Part shown: piece after piece, positions 18,883-27,454 of the stretch
How positions within the stretch are numbered: the first letter of the stretch is position 1
How the letters are laid out: the number at the start of each line of letters is the position of its first letter
Assembly: GCA_021740245.1 (NCBI GenBank)
Contig: JAIPAE010000001.1
Location: 279-64,278, forward strand
Reading direction: 5' to 3'
Origin: Bacteroidales bacterium
Lineage (GTDB): Bacteria; Bacteroidota; Bacteroidia; Bacteroidales; PWNQ01
Length of the DNA: 64,000 bases
Notes under the pieces: model-generated
What the model saw: only the letters and a program-made list of their open reading frames with translations
Told to the model about the DNA's origin: nothing
Databases searched by the model: none
Made by a program: the position numbers and the translations under genes

Positions 18883-20286
18883 ATGAGTGACAAACAGAAA
18901 ACCATTAAGAAGCCGGTTTCATTGCAGGGAGTGGGCTTGCATACAGGCAGGGACGTTGTAATGACTTTTAAGCCGGCTCCTGAGAACCACGGATTTAAAT
19001 TCCTAAGAACTGATTTGGAGGAAAAACCGGTTATAGACGCACTTGCTGAAAATGCAGCGGATACTACACGGGGTACTACAATTGAAAAAGATGGAGTTCG
19101 CATTGCTACGGTTGAACATTCTTTAGCAGCACTTGCCGGACTTGAAATAGATAATGCTATTATAGAAATCAATGGGCCGGAAACCCCAATAATGGATGGT
19201 AGTGCAAGGTTTTTTGTGGAAGCATTACTCGAAGCTGGCATAGAAGAACAGACAACTGACCGTAATTACTATAATATTACAGAACCAGTTGAATATCGTG
19301 TAGATGAAAAGGATTCGGAAATTGTGGCTGTTCCTGCCGACCGGTTTAAGATATCCAGCATGATTGATTATAATACAAGCGTATTGAAAATTCAGCATGC
19401 ACAAATGGATGATATCAGCGAATTTAAAGAAGGTTTTTCAAGAGCAAGAACTTTTGTTTTCTTGCATGAGCTGGAACAGTTGTTTACACAGGAACATCTG
19501 ATACGCGGAGGTAATCTGAATAATGCTATTGTTTTTGTAAACAAAAAGATCAGCCAGGGAGATCTGGACCATATTGCTGAAAAATTAGGCCGTGACAGTG
19601 TTGACGTTATGGAAGAAGGTATCCTCAATAACCTGGAACTGGAATACGAGAATGAACCAGCGCGTCATAAATTATTGGATATATTGGGAGACCTGGCTTT
19701 AATCGGACGTCCATTGAAAGGCTACTTTATTGCCAAGCGGCCCGGTCATAAAACTAATGTGGAATTTGCTTCTATGATCCGCAAGAAAATTATGAAAGAT
19801 GAACATCAAAAAGAAAAAGAAGCTCCGCAAATAGATTGGTTGAACCCACCATTATATGATATCAATAAAATAAAAAATATTTTACCGCACCGGCCTCCAT
19901 TTTTGCTTATTGATCGTGTATACAGCATTACCGGTAATGAGGTGATAGGGATGAAAAATGTGACTATGAATGAATCATTCTTTGTTGGTCATTTCCCGGA
20001 AGAGCCACTTATGCCCGGGGTTCTCCAGATTGAAGCTATGGCACAGGCCGGTGGTATTCTTGCCTTGCACCAGGTAGAAGACCCACAGGAATATAGTACT
20101 TATTTTTTAAAGATAGATAAAGTTCGTTTTCGTAAAAAAGTTGAACCAGGTGATACACTTGTATTTAAACTAACGCTTGTTTCTCCTATCCGGCGAGGGT
20201 TATGCCACATGGAAGGTAAAGCATTTGTTGGGGATACCATTGTTACGGAAGCCGATCTGTTAGCGCAAATTACCAGGAAAAAATAA
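18883..20286 (+). CDS. lpxC/fabZ: Bifunctional UDP-3-O-acyl-GlcNAc deacetylase / 3-hydroxyacyl-ACP dehydratase
   Basis: 467 aa. The N-terminal LpxC part (TVEHSLAALAGL, KRPGHKTN) is fused to a C-terminal FabZ hot-dog domain (LPHRPPFLLIDRV, GHFPEEPLMPGVL). This fusion is characteristic of Bacteroidota. Confidence 0.95.
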   Translation: MSDKQKTIKKPVSLQGVGLHTGRDVVMTFKPAPENHGFKFLRTDLEEKPVIDALAENAADTTRGTTIEKDGVRIATVEHSLAALAGLEIDNAIIEINGPETPIMDGSARFFVEALLEAGIEEQTTDRNYYNITEPVEYRVDEKDSEIVAVPADRFKISSMIDYNTSVLKIQHAQMDDISEFKEGFSRARTFVFLHELEQLFTQEHLIRGGNLNNAIVFVNKKISQGDLDHIAEKLGRDSVDVMEEGILNNLELEYENEPARHKLLDILGDLALIGRPLKGYFIAKRPGHKTNVEFASMIRKKIMKDEHQKEKEAPQIDWLNPPLYDINKIKNILPHRPPFLLIDRVYSITGNEVIGMKNVTMNESFFVGHFPEEPLMPGVLQIEAMAQAGGILALHQVEDPQEYSTYFLKIDKVRFRKKVEPGDTLVFKLTLVSPIRRGLCHMEGKAFVGDTIVTEADLLAQITRKK

Positions 20287-20301
20287 TTCACAAAAGTGTC
20301 T

Positions 20302-21093
20302 ATGAATCAACCATTAGCATATGTGCATCCACAAGCCAAAATTGCAGACAATGTGGTGATTGAACCATTTGTTACTATTCATAAAAATGTGGAGATAGGA
20401 GAAGGTACATGGATCGGGTCGAATGCTACGATCATGGAAGGTGCCAGAATCGGAAAAAACAATAAAATATTCCCTGGGGCTGTTATTTCGGCCATTCCCC
20501 AGGATTTAAAATATAAAGGTGAAGAGACATTTGTCCGGATTGGAGATAACAATATTATCCGTGAATTTGCAACCATAAACAGAGGAACAAAAGCCAATAA
20601 TGAAACAGTGATTGGTAAAAATAATCTGATAATGGCTTATGTTCATATAGCACATGATTGTATTGTAAACGATAATTGCATTTTAGCTAATAATGTTGCA
20701 CTGGCCGGACATATAGAAATCAAAAACTGGGCAATAATCGGAGGCCAGGTTGCAGTTCATCAGTTTGTTAATATCGGAGCACATAGCTTTATTTCAGGCG
20801 GTACTCTGGTCAGGAAGGATGTGCCTCCTTATACGAAAGCAGCCCGGGAACCCATTTCTTATTCGGGGATAAACTCTATCGGATTAAGACGAAGGGGATT
20901 TACTACAGAAGCTATCAATCAGATACAAGATATATACAGACATATTTATTTGAGACAAATGAATGTTACCCAGGCAGTAGAGTACATAGAAGCGGAAGTG
21001 CCTGCTACACCTGAACGAGATGAGATACTCGACTTTGTTAACAAATCCAGCCGGGGGATTATGCGAGGCCCTGTTAGAAAAAATAATAGTTAA
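20302..21093 (+). CDS. lpxA: Acyl-ACP--UDP-N-acetylglucosamine O-acyltransferase
   Basis: It has hexapeptide repeats and the typical LpxA C-terminal helical domain. ATG at 20302 (MNQPLAYVHP) is preferred over GTG at 20296. Confidence 0.9.
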   Translation: MNQPLAYVHPQAKIADNVVIEPFVTIHKNVEIGEGTWIGSNATIMEGARIGKNNKIFPGAVISAIPQDLKYKGEETFVRIGDNNIIREFATINRGTKANNETVIGKNNLIMAYVHIAHDCIVNDNCILANNVALAGHIEIKNWAIIGGQVAVHQFVNIGAHSFISGGTLVRKDVPPYTKAAREPISYSGINSIGLRRRGFTTEAINQIQDIYRHIYLRQMNVTQAVEYIEAEVPATPERDEILDFVNKSSRGIMRGPVRKNNS

Positions 21094-21319
21094 GGAGTAA
21101 TTCCTATTTGAAACAGAAATATTCTTTTATCCATTTTTTGTTTCAAACAAGCTTTTTTATCTTTACGAAAGCAAAAATCTAACTTGTATTATTCATGCAT
21201 TAAGTTTAGGTCAGATGCAAGGCGTCGAAAGTCATAGACATAGTAATCTGTTTCAAAATTTTTTCCGACTCTTTGGCAGGACAGATGGACTGAAATTAAT
21301 GCAATCGTAAAAAATAAAA

Positions 21320-21532
21320 CAGATGAAACATCCATGATCCGCCTAAGGCAGAACACACACGAGAATGATTAAATGGTGTAATGAGTGATGCGATGATGCG
21401 AAAGGGCGAACGAAGCGACTAAAGCGACTTAAGCGAACGAAGAGGCGAAGAGACTGAGAGACTGAGAGAAACAACGAACAAGCACAGAACACCGAACAAC
21501 GAACACCGAGCAATATTATAAACAGATGAAAC
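21320..21532 (+). repeat. Intergenic repeat, type A unit (copy 1 of a tandem pair)
   Basis: It is bounded by CAGATGAAAC at 21320 and 21523. It aligns to the reverse complement of 58311-58530 with a few substitutions and 9-10 nt indels. Confidence 0.85.
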
Positions 21533-21684
21533 ATTCATGATCCGCCTAAGGCGGAACACACACGAGAATGATTAAATGGCGTAATGAGTAATGTGATGAT
21601 GTGATGATGCGAGAGGGCGAACTGAGCGAACTAAGCGATTTAGAGAAAAAGCGAACAACGAACAAAATTATAAACAGATGAAAA
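21523..21684 (+). repeat. Intergenic repeat, type A unit (copy 2, shorter core)
   Basis: It has the same 5' block as copy 1 (CAGATGAAACATTCATGATCCGCCTAAGGCGGAACACACACGAGAATGATTAAATGG). It ends in the exact junction 20-mer 21663-21682, which contains the ATG at 21678. Confidence 0.85.
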
Positions 21685-22826
21685 AACGAGTATATACAAC
21701 CGGCAGATTGCTTTCAATATTGATTATTTTTATAATCTTATTGGGTTTGTTTTATCTGATTGCCCCAAAATATGTAAGCCGTGCATTAATTTATCAGAAA
21801 GCTAATATTGATGATCATAAAATATTTGATAACCGAAAAGTAGCTGCCGGTAAACATAAGCCCTGGCCTCTTAAGAAAACAAAACTGGAAATACCGGAAC
21901 ATCATTTAAAAAAAATGAAAGAATATGATCCGGTAGCATTTTTGATATCCAGGCATGATACCTTAATATGCGAAAATTATTGGGACGGTTACAGCACCTC
22001 TTCTTATTCCAATGCATTTTCTGCAACGAAAAGTATTGTTTCGCTCATGGTTGGAATTGCATTGGAAAAAGGTTACATCAAATCACTGGATCAGTCGGCC
22101 GGTGATTTCTTTGTACAATACTCACAAGAAGAAAAATCTGAAATAACAATTAAGGATTTATTGAGCATGAGTTCCGGGTTAAGCTGGGATGAAAGTTATG
22201 GCAGTCTTTTTTCTACAACCACACAAGCATACTATGGGACAGATATCAAAAAGCTGGTCATGGATTTGGATGTAATTACAAAGCCTGGCAAAGAATATAA
22301 ATATCTCAGTGGAAACACTCAACTCTTAGGTTTATTGCTTTCCAAAGTAGCGCCGGAAACCCTGAGCGAGCTTACATCTGATAATCTATGGAAACCTATT
22401 GGGGCAAAACATGATGCTTTATGGTCACTGGATAAAAAAGGCGGATATGAAAAAGCATACTGTTGTTTTAACTCAAACGCAAGAGATTTTGCCAGAATTG
22501 GTCAACTGGTACTGGATAGCGGTAAAGCTTATGGAAAACAAGTAATCTCTTCAGACTATATCCTGAAAGCAACAGAACCGGCAACCTGGTTGGTTGATGA
22601 AGATAAAAAACCGGTGGATTTTTATGGCTACAGTTGGTGGATATTGAATTATAAAGGGAAAACAATTAAATATGCACGGGGCATTAAAGGACAATATATT
22701 TTTGTGATTCCTGCATACGACGCTGTTGTTGTCCGGCTGGGCCATAAACGCAGCGATGAATATTTGGATCACCATCCCAAAGATGTATACATATATCTGG
22801 ATGCTGCTTTTGATATATTAGATTAA
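21678..22826 (+). CDS. Serine hydrolase, beta-lactamase (class C / PBP-like) family, membrane anchored
   Basis: 382 aa with an N-terminal TM helix, an SxxK motif (SATKS) and a YSG-like motif (YLSGN). Confidence 0.8.
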   Translation: MKKRVYTTGRLLSILIIFIILLGLFYLIAPKYVSRALIYQKANIDDHKIFDNRKVAAGKHKPWPLKKTKLEIPEHHLKKMKEYDPVAFLISRHDTLICENYWDGYSTSSYSNAFSATKSIVSLMVGIALEKGYIKSLDQSAGDFFVQYSQEEKSEITIKDLLSMSSGLSWDESYGSLFSTTTQAYYGTDIKKLVMDLDVITKPGKEYKYLSGNTQLLGLLLSKVAPETLSELTSDNLWKPIGAKHDALWSLDKKGGYEKAYCCFNSNARDFARIGQLVLDSGKAYGKQVISSDYILKATEPATWLVDEDKKPVDFYGYSWWILNYKGKTIKYARGIKGQYIFVIPAYDAVVVRLGHKRSDEYLDHHPKDVYIYLDAAFDILD

Positions 22827-25132
22827 AATTCCCAGGAAACACCCAAAGAAGGCATTACAGGTAATTGGTCTACCCGGTTACCTGTAATTCTGTCAATATA
22901 AAAAATGTTTTGCCTGTTATACACATTGGTAACACTTACCTTAATTTCAAATTTGGAGTTTACAGTTGGATAAAATATCCGGGTTGCCCCTATGTCAAGG
23001 CGATGATAAGTGGGAAAACGTTTGCTGTTGATATCCCCGTAAAAAATGGTAAAATCACCATTGGAACTTGTATAATCACTGTTAATTCCATCACTGAATG
23101 TTACTTTAGGATAATAACCAGCACTAGGCGTAAAAGGGAATCCGGAACCAAAATTCCAGCGGGCATTGACCTCCCAGTTCAGGTCTTTCCCAAGCTTATA
23201 TGATCCTACTAAGTTTATATTATGACGCCTGTCGTAATGGGGATTATAAGTGATAAAATCATCTGTTTTTTCCACATATCCCAAAGAATATACAGCCCAC
23301 AAGTAAAGCCTCAGGTCTCGGTATCTTATATTAATATCTACTCCTTTTGCATGACCCTTTTCAATAATAAAATCTTTTTTCAGGTAATCCGGCTTATCCT
23401 TATATTCCGGTGAATCATTGTATATTTTATTCCTGTTGAGATTTGTTAATTGAGAGAAGTTTTTATAATAACCTTCCAAATTAACGGTAATATGATCATT
23501 AATATCAACTTCTGCACCTGCTACGATATGCTCTGCTTTCTGAAGTTTTGAAGTTATCTCCTCACCCTGAAATTTCGAGGGCAGGTTTTCCGGGCCGGAA
23601 ACAAAGCCATAAAAGAGATTCACAACATCCCGGTCATATTTTGTGCTTATTAAGTTTTGGCTGTATAAGCCACCAGCCAGTTTGAGACGTAAAAAATCTG
23701 AAACATTATACTTTGCTGCAAAACGTGGCTCTGGAGAAAACTCAGACAATGAAGCATAATAATGCGCCCGGAAACTGGGTTCCAGAATTAAATCACCAAA
23801 GATCATTTTATAAACCAGATAACCAGATAATTCTGTTGTATTTTCTGTTTGTTCTATTTTCCGGTTCAAACTATTATAGAATTCAAGACTTGTTTTAAAG
23901 CCCTGCATGGCAATGCCATATTTCAGTTTGTTTTTACCCAAAAAGTATGTAAAATTCAATCCAAGATTAAAGCCATTAATTGAGCTTTGCCGTGGATTTT
24001 GCTCTGGATGGTTTTGAGTTATAATGTACTGAGAATAGGCAAAATTACCATCCATCAGCATATCAGAATTCTCAGGAACAACAACAAAATTCGTTCCTCC
24101 ACCGCTGTTCGTCCAGTCATATTCACTTATACCACGATATAAAACATTATCACTGAAATTAAACCCAAATAAGTTAATTTTGCTTCCATTGCTCCCATTA
24201 ATAGATAGTTTTCCGTAGATATCGGTATAGTTAAAAGGTAAGCCATCATCATTAACATAATCGTAAAGAATATCAGAACTTTCTTCCAACAACGAACGTT
24301 TTGCTGAAAAAATAAAGGAAGAACTGGAAGCCGATGAATCTGTTTGTTTTTTTAAAGGTCCTTCAAAAAGTGCTTTAGTCTGGAAAGGACTGGCTGACAA
24401 TTTCACTTTAGTTTCTCGCTTATTCCCGTCCCTGGTGGTTATATCCATTACCGAAGAAATTCTGCCGCCATATTCGGCTGTAAAACCTCCGGTATGAACA
24501 TCTGCATGCCGGAGAATATCTGTGTCGAAAACTGAAAATAATCCAATCGAGTGAAACGGATTATAAACAACCATCCCGTCCATTAAAACCATATTCTGAA
24601 CCGGTGAGCCCCCACGTATGTATAGTTGCCCTCCCTGATCGCCGGTAAAGATCACACCCGGCAGAACCTGCAGGTATTGCGCAATATCTGGGTCTCCTCC
24701 TATGGAGGGAAGTTGTTTGATCTCTTTTGGTTGTATCTTAACTACTGATGTTTGTGTCTCTGTTCTGGCAGCCTGCCGGCTGGCAGAAATATTTACTCCT
24801 TTTAACTGGTAAGTTCCGGGTTGAACATATAACTCTTTGTTGATGACTTTATTGGCTGTAAGGTTTATGGGCATACTAAGAGAATCATATCCCATGGCTG
24901 TTATCAAAAGCGTATATTCACCTGGTGGAATTTTAGTGATAGAAAAAAAGCCGTTTACATCTGTTGATGCCCCAATGCTTGTGCCCTTAAAATAAACATT
25001 TGTAAAGATGACCGGCTCTCCTGTTTTCTTATCATATACAAACCCCTTTAGCGTTCCGGTTTGAGCAAATAAATTATTTAAAGACAGTAATATTGATATT
25101 CCTATGATAATTGTTACAGTAAAACGTTTCAT
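22823..25132 (-). CDS. TonB-dependent receptor with N-terminal carboxypeptidase-regulatory-like domain
   Basis: 769 aa. A signal peptide is followed by a CarboxypepD_reg-like region (GTLKGFVYDKKTGEPVIFTNVYF), a plug domain and a C-terminal beta-barrel ending in an aromatic residue (WEF). Confidence 0.85.
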   Translation of the reverse strand: MKRFTVTIIIGISILLSLNNLFAQTGTLKGFVYDKKTGEPVIFTNVYFKGTSIGASTDVNGFFSITKIPPGEYTLLITAMGYDSLSMPINLTANKVINKELYVQPGTYQLKGVNISASRQAARTETQTSVVKIQPKEIKQLPSIGGDPDIAQYLQVLPGVIFTGDQGGQLYIRGGSPVQNMVLMDGMVVYNPFHSIGLFSVFDTDILRHADVHTGGFTAEYGGRISSVMDITTRDGNKRETKVKLSASPFQTKALFEGPLKKQTDSSASSSSFIFSAKRSLLEESSDILYDYVNDDGLPFNYTDIYGKLSINGSNGSKINLFGFNFSDNVLYRGISEYDWTNSGGGTNFVVVPENSDMLMDGNFAYSQYIITQNHPEQNPRQSSINGFNLGLNFTYFLGKNKLKYGIAMQGFKTSLEFYNSLNRKIEQTENTTELSGYLVYKMIFGDLILEPSFRAHYYASLSEFSPEPRFAAKYNVSDFLRLKLAGGLYSQNLISTKYDRDVVNLFYGFVSGPENLPSKFQGEEITSKLQKAEHIVAGAEVDINDHITVNLEGYYKNFSQLTNLNRNKIYNDSPEYKDKPDYLKKDFIIEKGHAKGVDINIRYRDLRLYLWAVYSLGYVEKTDDFITYNPHYDRRHNINLVGSYKLGKDLNWEVNARWNFGSGFPFTPSAGYYPKVTFSDGINSDYTSSNGDFTIFYGDINSKRFPTYHRLDIGATRIFYPTVNSKFEIKVSVTNVYNRQNIFYIDRITGNRVDQLPVMPSLGVSWEF

Positions 25133-25352
25133 AATATGCTGCTTATTTCTGATCCTTTTTACGAATCAATTACTTAAAATAGAACTGGTGTTGTCCAGTT
25201 TATTTTAAGTCACGAATGTAATTATAAAATTTGAGTTTATAGATTTGAGTTTCTGTTTTCCATATAACATTCATTGTTGAAGGCACTACATTAATTTGAA
25301 AAACACAGTGGACTTATAAAAGGTTCAACCCGAATAACCATAACAGAAAGTA

Positions 25353-26447
25353 TTATTCATTTTTCTGTGAAGAATCATCTTTTAGTATTTCCTGCTGCAG
25401 TCGTACAGATTCTTTATGCACTTGCTGGAGTAGTTTCAGCAGGAAGGACCTTTCAAGTTTGTATTTTTCAGCTCTTTCCAGTCGGTTACTGATCATTTCG
25501 CGAAAGCGGCCGGATTGTAGTATGGTAATATTATGCTTCTTTTTGTAGAGTCCGATTTCTCTTATGATCTCCATTCTTCTTGTTAGTATTTCAAGTAATT
25601 CCGTGTCGATTTTATCAATTTCAAGTCTTAATCTGTCTAATCTGTTGCTATGCTGCTCCTTCGCATTAACATCTCTTATCTTTAACCGGCCCAGAATGCT
25701 TGTTAGCTCTTCAAACGAAAGCTGTTGAGCAGCATCAGTAATAGCTTTTCCGGGTTCCGGATGCACTTCAATCATCAGGCCTTCCATTTCCAGGTCCAGG
25801 GCTTTTTGAGCAATTTCGGGAATATTTTCCGTTGAGCCACAAATATGGCTGGGGTCACAAACAACCGGGATATCAGGGAAGCGCCTTTTCAGTTCAATGG
25901 GAATCTCCCACATTGGTGCATTGCGTAAAGGAGACTCTTCAAAAAAGTAAAAACCACGATGAATAGCAGCAACAGCAGGGACTCCGGCATTAATCAAACG
26001 CTCCAGGGCTCCTGTCCATAGGTTAATATCAGGGTTTACCGGGTTTTTAACCATAACGGGAACTGGATTGTCTTTTAAAGCACCGGCAATTTCCTGTACC
26101 GAGAAAGGATTTACTACCGTTCTTGCCCCCAGCCACAAGACATCCATTCCCGCATCCAGAGCTTTTTCAACATGTCCGGCCTGGGCCACTTCAACAGCAA
26201 CCGGAAGATTATATTTTTTTTGTATTTCCTGAAGCCATGGTAAAGCTTTTTCACCTAATCCTTCAAACTGTCCTGGTCGAGTGCGGGGCTTCCATACACC
26301 GGCACGATAAATAGCCATCTGTGGTAAACCAGATAAAAAACCGGCTGTTGACATTGCTTGATCATAATGCTCAATGCTACAAGGACCCGCTATCAGATAA
26401 CGATTGCGAGTTATCCACGGAAATTTTTTATCAGAGATTGGATTCAT
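25353..26447 (-). CDS. Bifunctional 3-deoxy-7-phosphoheptulonate (DAHP) synthase / chorismate mutase type II
   Basis: 364 aa. An N-terminal type I-beta DAHP synthase (IAGPCSIE, CDPSH) is fused to a C-terminal CM_2 helical domain (LRLEIDKIDTELLEILTRRMEI). Confidence 0.85.
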   Translation of the reverse strand: MNPISDKKFPWITRNRYLIAGPCSIEHYDQAMSTAGFLSGLPQMAIYRAGVWKPRTRPGQFEGLGEKALPWLQEIQKKYNLPVAVEVAQAGHVEKALDAGMDVLWLGARTVVNPFSVQEIAGALKDNPVPVMVKNPVNPDINLWTGALERLINAGVPAVAAIHRGFYFFEESPLRNAPMWEIPIELKRRFPDIPVVCDPSHICGSTENIPEIAQKALDLEMEGLMIEVHPEPGKAITDAAQQLSFEELTSILGRLKIRDVNAKEQHSNRLDRLRLEIDKIDTELLEILTRRMEIIREIGLYKKKHNITILQSGRFREMISNRLERAEKYKLERSFLLKLLQQVHKESVRLQQEILKDDSSQKNE

Positions 26448-26514
26448 CTACTTGTTCTTTGACGCAAAATTAGTTAAATTTGTTCGTACCACTAACCAAT
26501 TAAAAAGGCCCTGT

Positions 26515-27291
26515 ATGAATAAAATTCACTATCGTATAAAAGGAACAGGACCTGCTCTGGTGTTGCTACATGGCTTTATGGAATCCTCTGAGATGTGGCA
26601 TCCGTTCCTGCCTTCGCTCGTAAAAGATTTTTCTGTTGTCATGATTGATCTGCCCGGCCACGGGAAAAGTTATAATCTGGGTAGCATTCACAGTATGGAG
26701 GCTATGGCAGAAACAGTAAAATCAGTCCTTAATAAAGAAAGCATAAGCAAATGCACCATGACCGGACATTCCATGGGGGGATATGTGGGATTAGCTTTTG
26801 CTAAAAAATACCCGACAAACCTGAACGGACTGGTTCTGTTACATTCTCATCCGGATGAAGATTCTGAAGAAGCCCGTAAAAACAGGGATAAAACAATCGA
26901 TATTATTAAAAAAGACAAAAAAGACTTTATCAGTACGTTTATTCCATCACTTTATTTTGAAATTAACCGGAAGCCACTAATTCACAAAATTGAAAAACAA
27001 ATCCAGATAGCCCGTTCCATGAAACCGGAAGGCATCATTGCAGCACTACGCGGAATGAAAGAAAGGAAAAGTTCCGTTGATTTCCTGCATAAAACAAATA
27101 TTCCGGTCCTGTTCATTGTTGGAAAACAAGACAGCCGGGTTAACATTAATAGACTTCTGGAACTGATAGCAATCCCAGAACATTGTGAATGTCTGATTCT
27201 GGGCCATGTAGCCCATATGGGGTTTCATGAAGCGGAATATAAGACTATGAGTACGATCCATCATTTTGGCCTCAAGTGTGCAAAGGTCTGA
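26515..27291 (+). CDS. Alpha/beta hydrolase
   Basis: Starting at the internal ATG 26515 (MNKIHYRIKGTGPALVLLHGF) removes the overlap with the divergent gene. The nucleophile elbow GHSMGG is present. Confidence 0.8.
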   Translation: MNKIHYRIKGTGPALVLLHGFMESSEMWHPFLPSLVKDFSVVMIDLPGHGKSYNLGSIHSMEAMAETVKSVLNKESISKCTMTGHSMGGYVGLAFAKKYPTNLNGLVLLHSHPDEDSEEARKNRDKTIDIIKKDKKDFISTFIPSLYFEINRKPLIHKIEKQIQIARSMKPEGIIAALRGMKERKSSVDFLHKTNIPVLFIVGKQDSRVNINRLLELIAIPEHCECLILGHVAHMGFHEAEYKTMSTIHHFGLKCAKV

Positions 27292-27454
27292 TGATATTTT
27301 GTCTATACGTAACATATTGACATCGCCTTAACCGTTTATCCGGAAAATTAAAAGCCTGGCAAAGGCAATACTGTACAGGTTGCAATTGATTGTTAGAAAC
27401 TTAACAATCGGTTGATTGTTTAGCAAAAGTAAAAACAACAAACCATTTACCCTA

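Noticed and set aside
21343-21534. A 63-aa ORF (- strand), and the 79-aa ORF at 58279-58518 (+ strand), both inside the type A repeats, with partly similar peptides (VRCSVFC...SQSL.LF)
   Set aside because: The similarity simply reflects the nucleotide repeat. After the indels between copies the reading frames diverge (SLKSLLSLRSPSR versus RLSRFSRFVRPFA), so the frame is not conserved. The composition is low complexity, and the 58 kb ORF reads across a unit junction.
21320-21684. Could the direct copies of the 20-mer be a CRISPR array?
   Set aside because: The intervening segments are 90-200 bp and are themselves repeated elsewhere. Only 2-3 boundary copies occur per locus, the 20-mer is not palindromic like typical CRISPR repeats, and no cas genes are present.
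26404-26514. N-terminal extensions of the alpha/beta hydrolase (26404), the CAP lipoprotein (11925) and fhs (27416)
   Set aside because: The extensions overlap divergent genes or promoter regions and lack signal or domain content. The internal ATGs give canonical N-termini.
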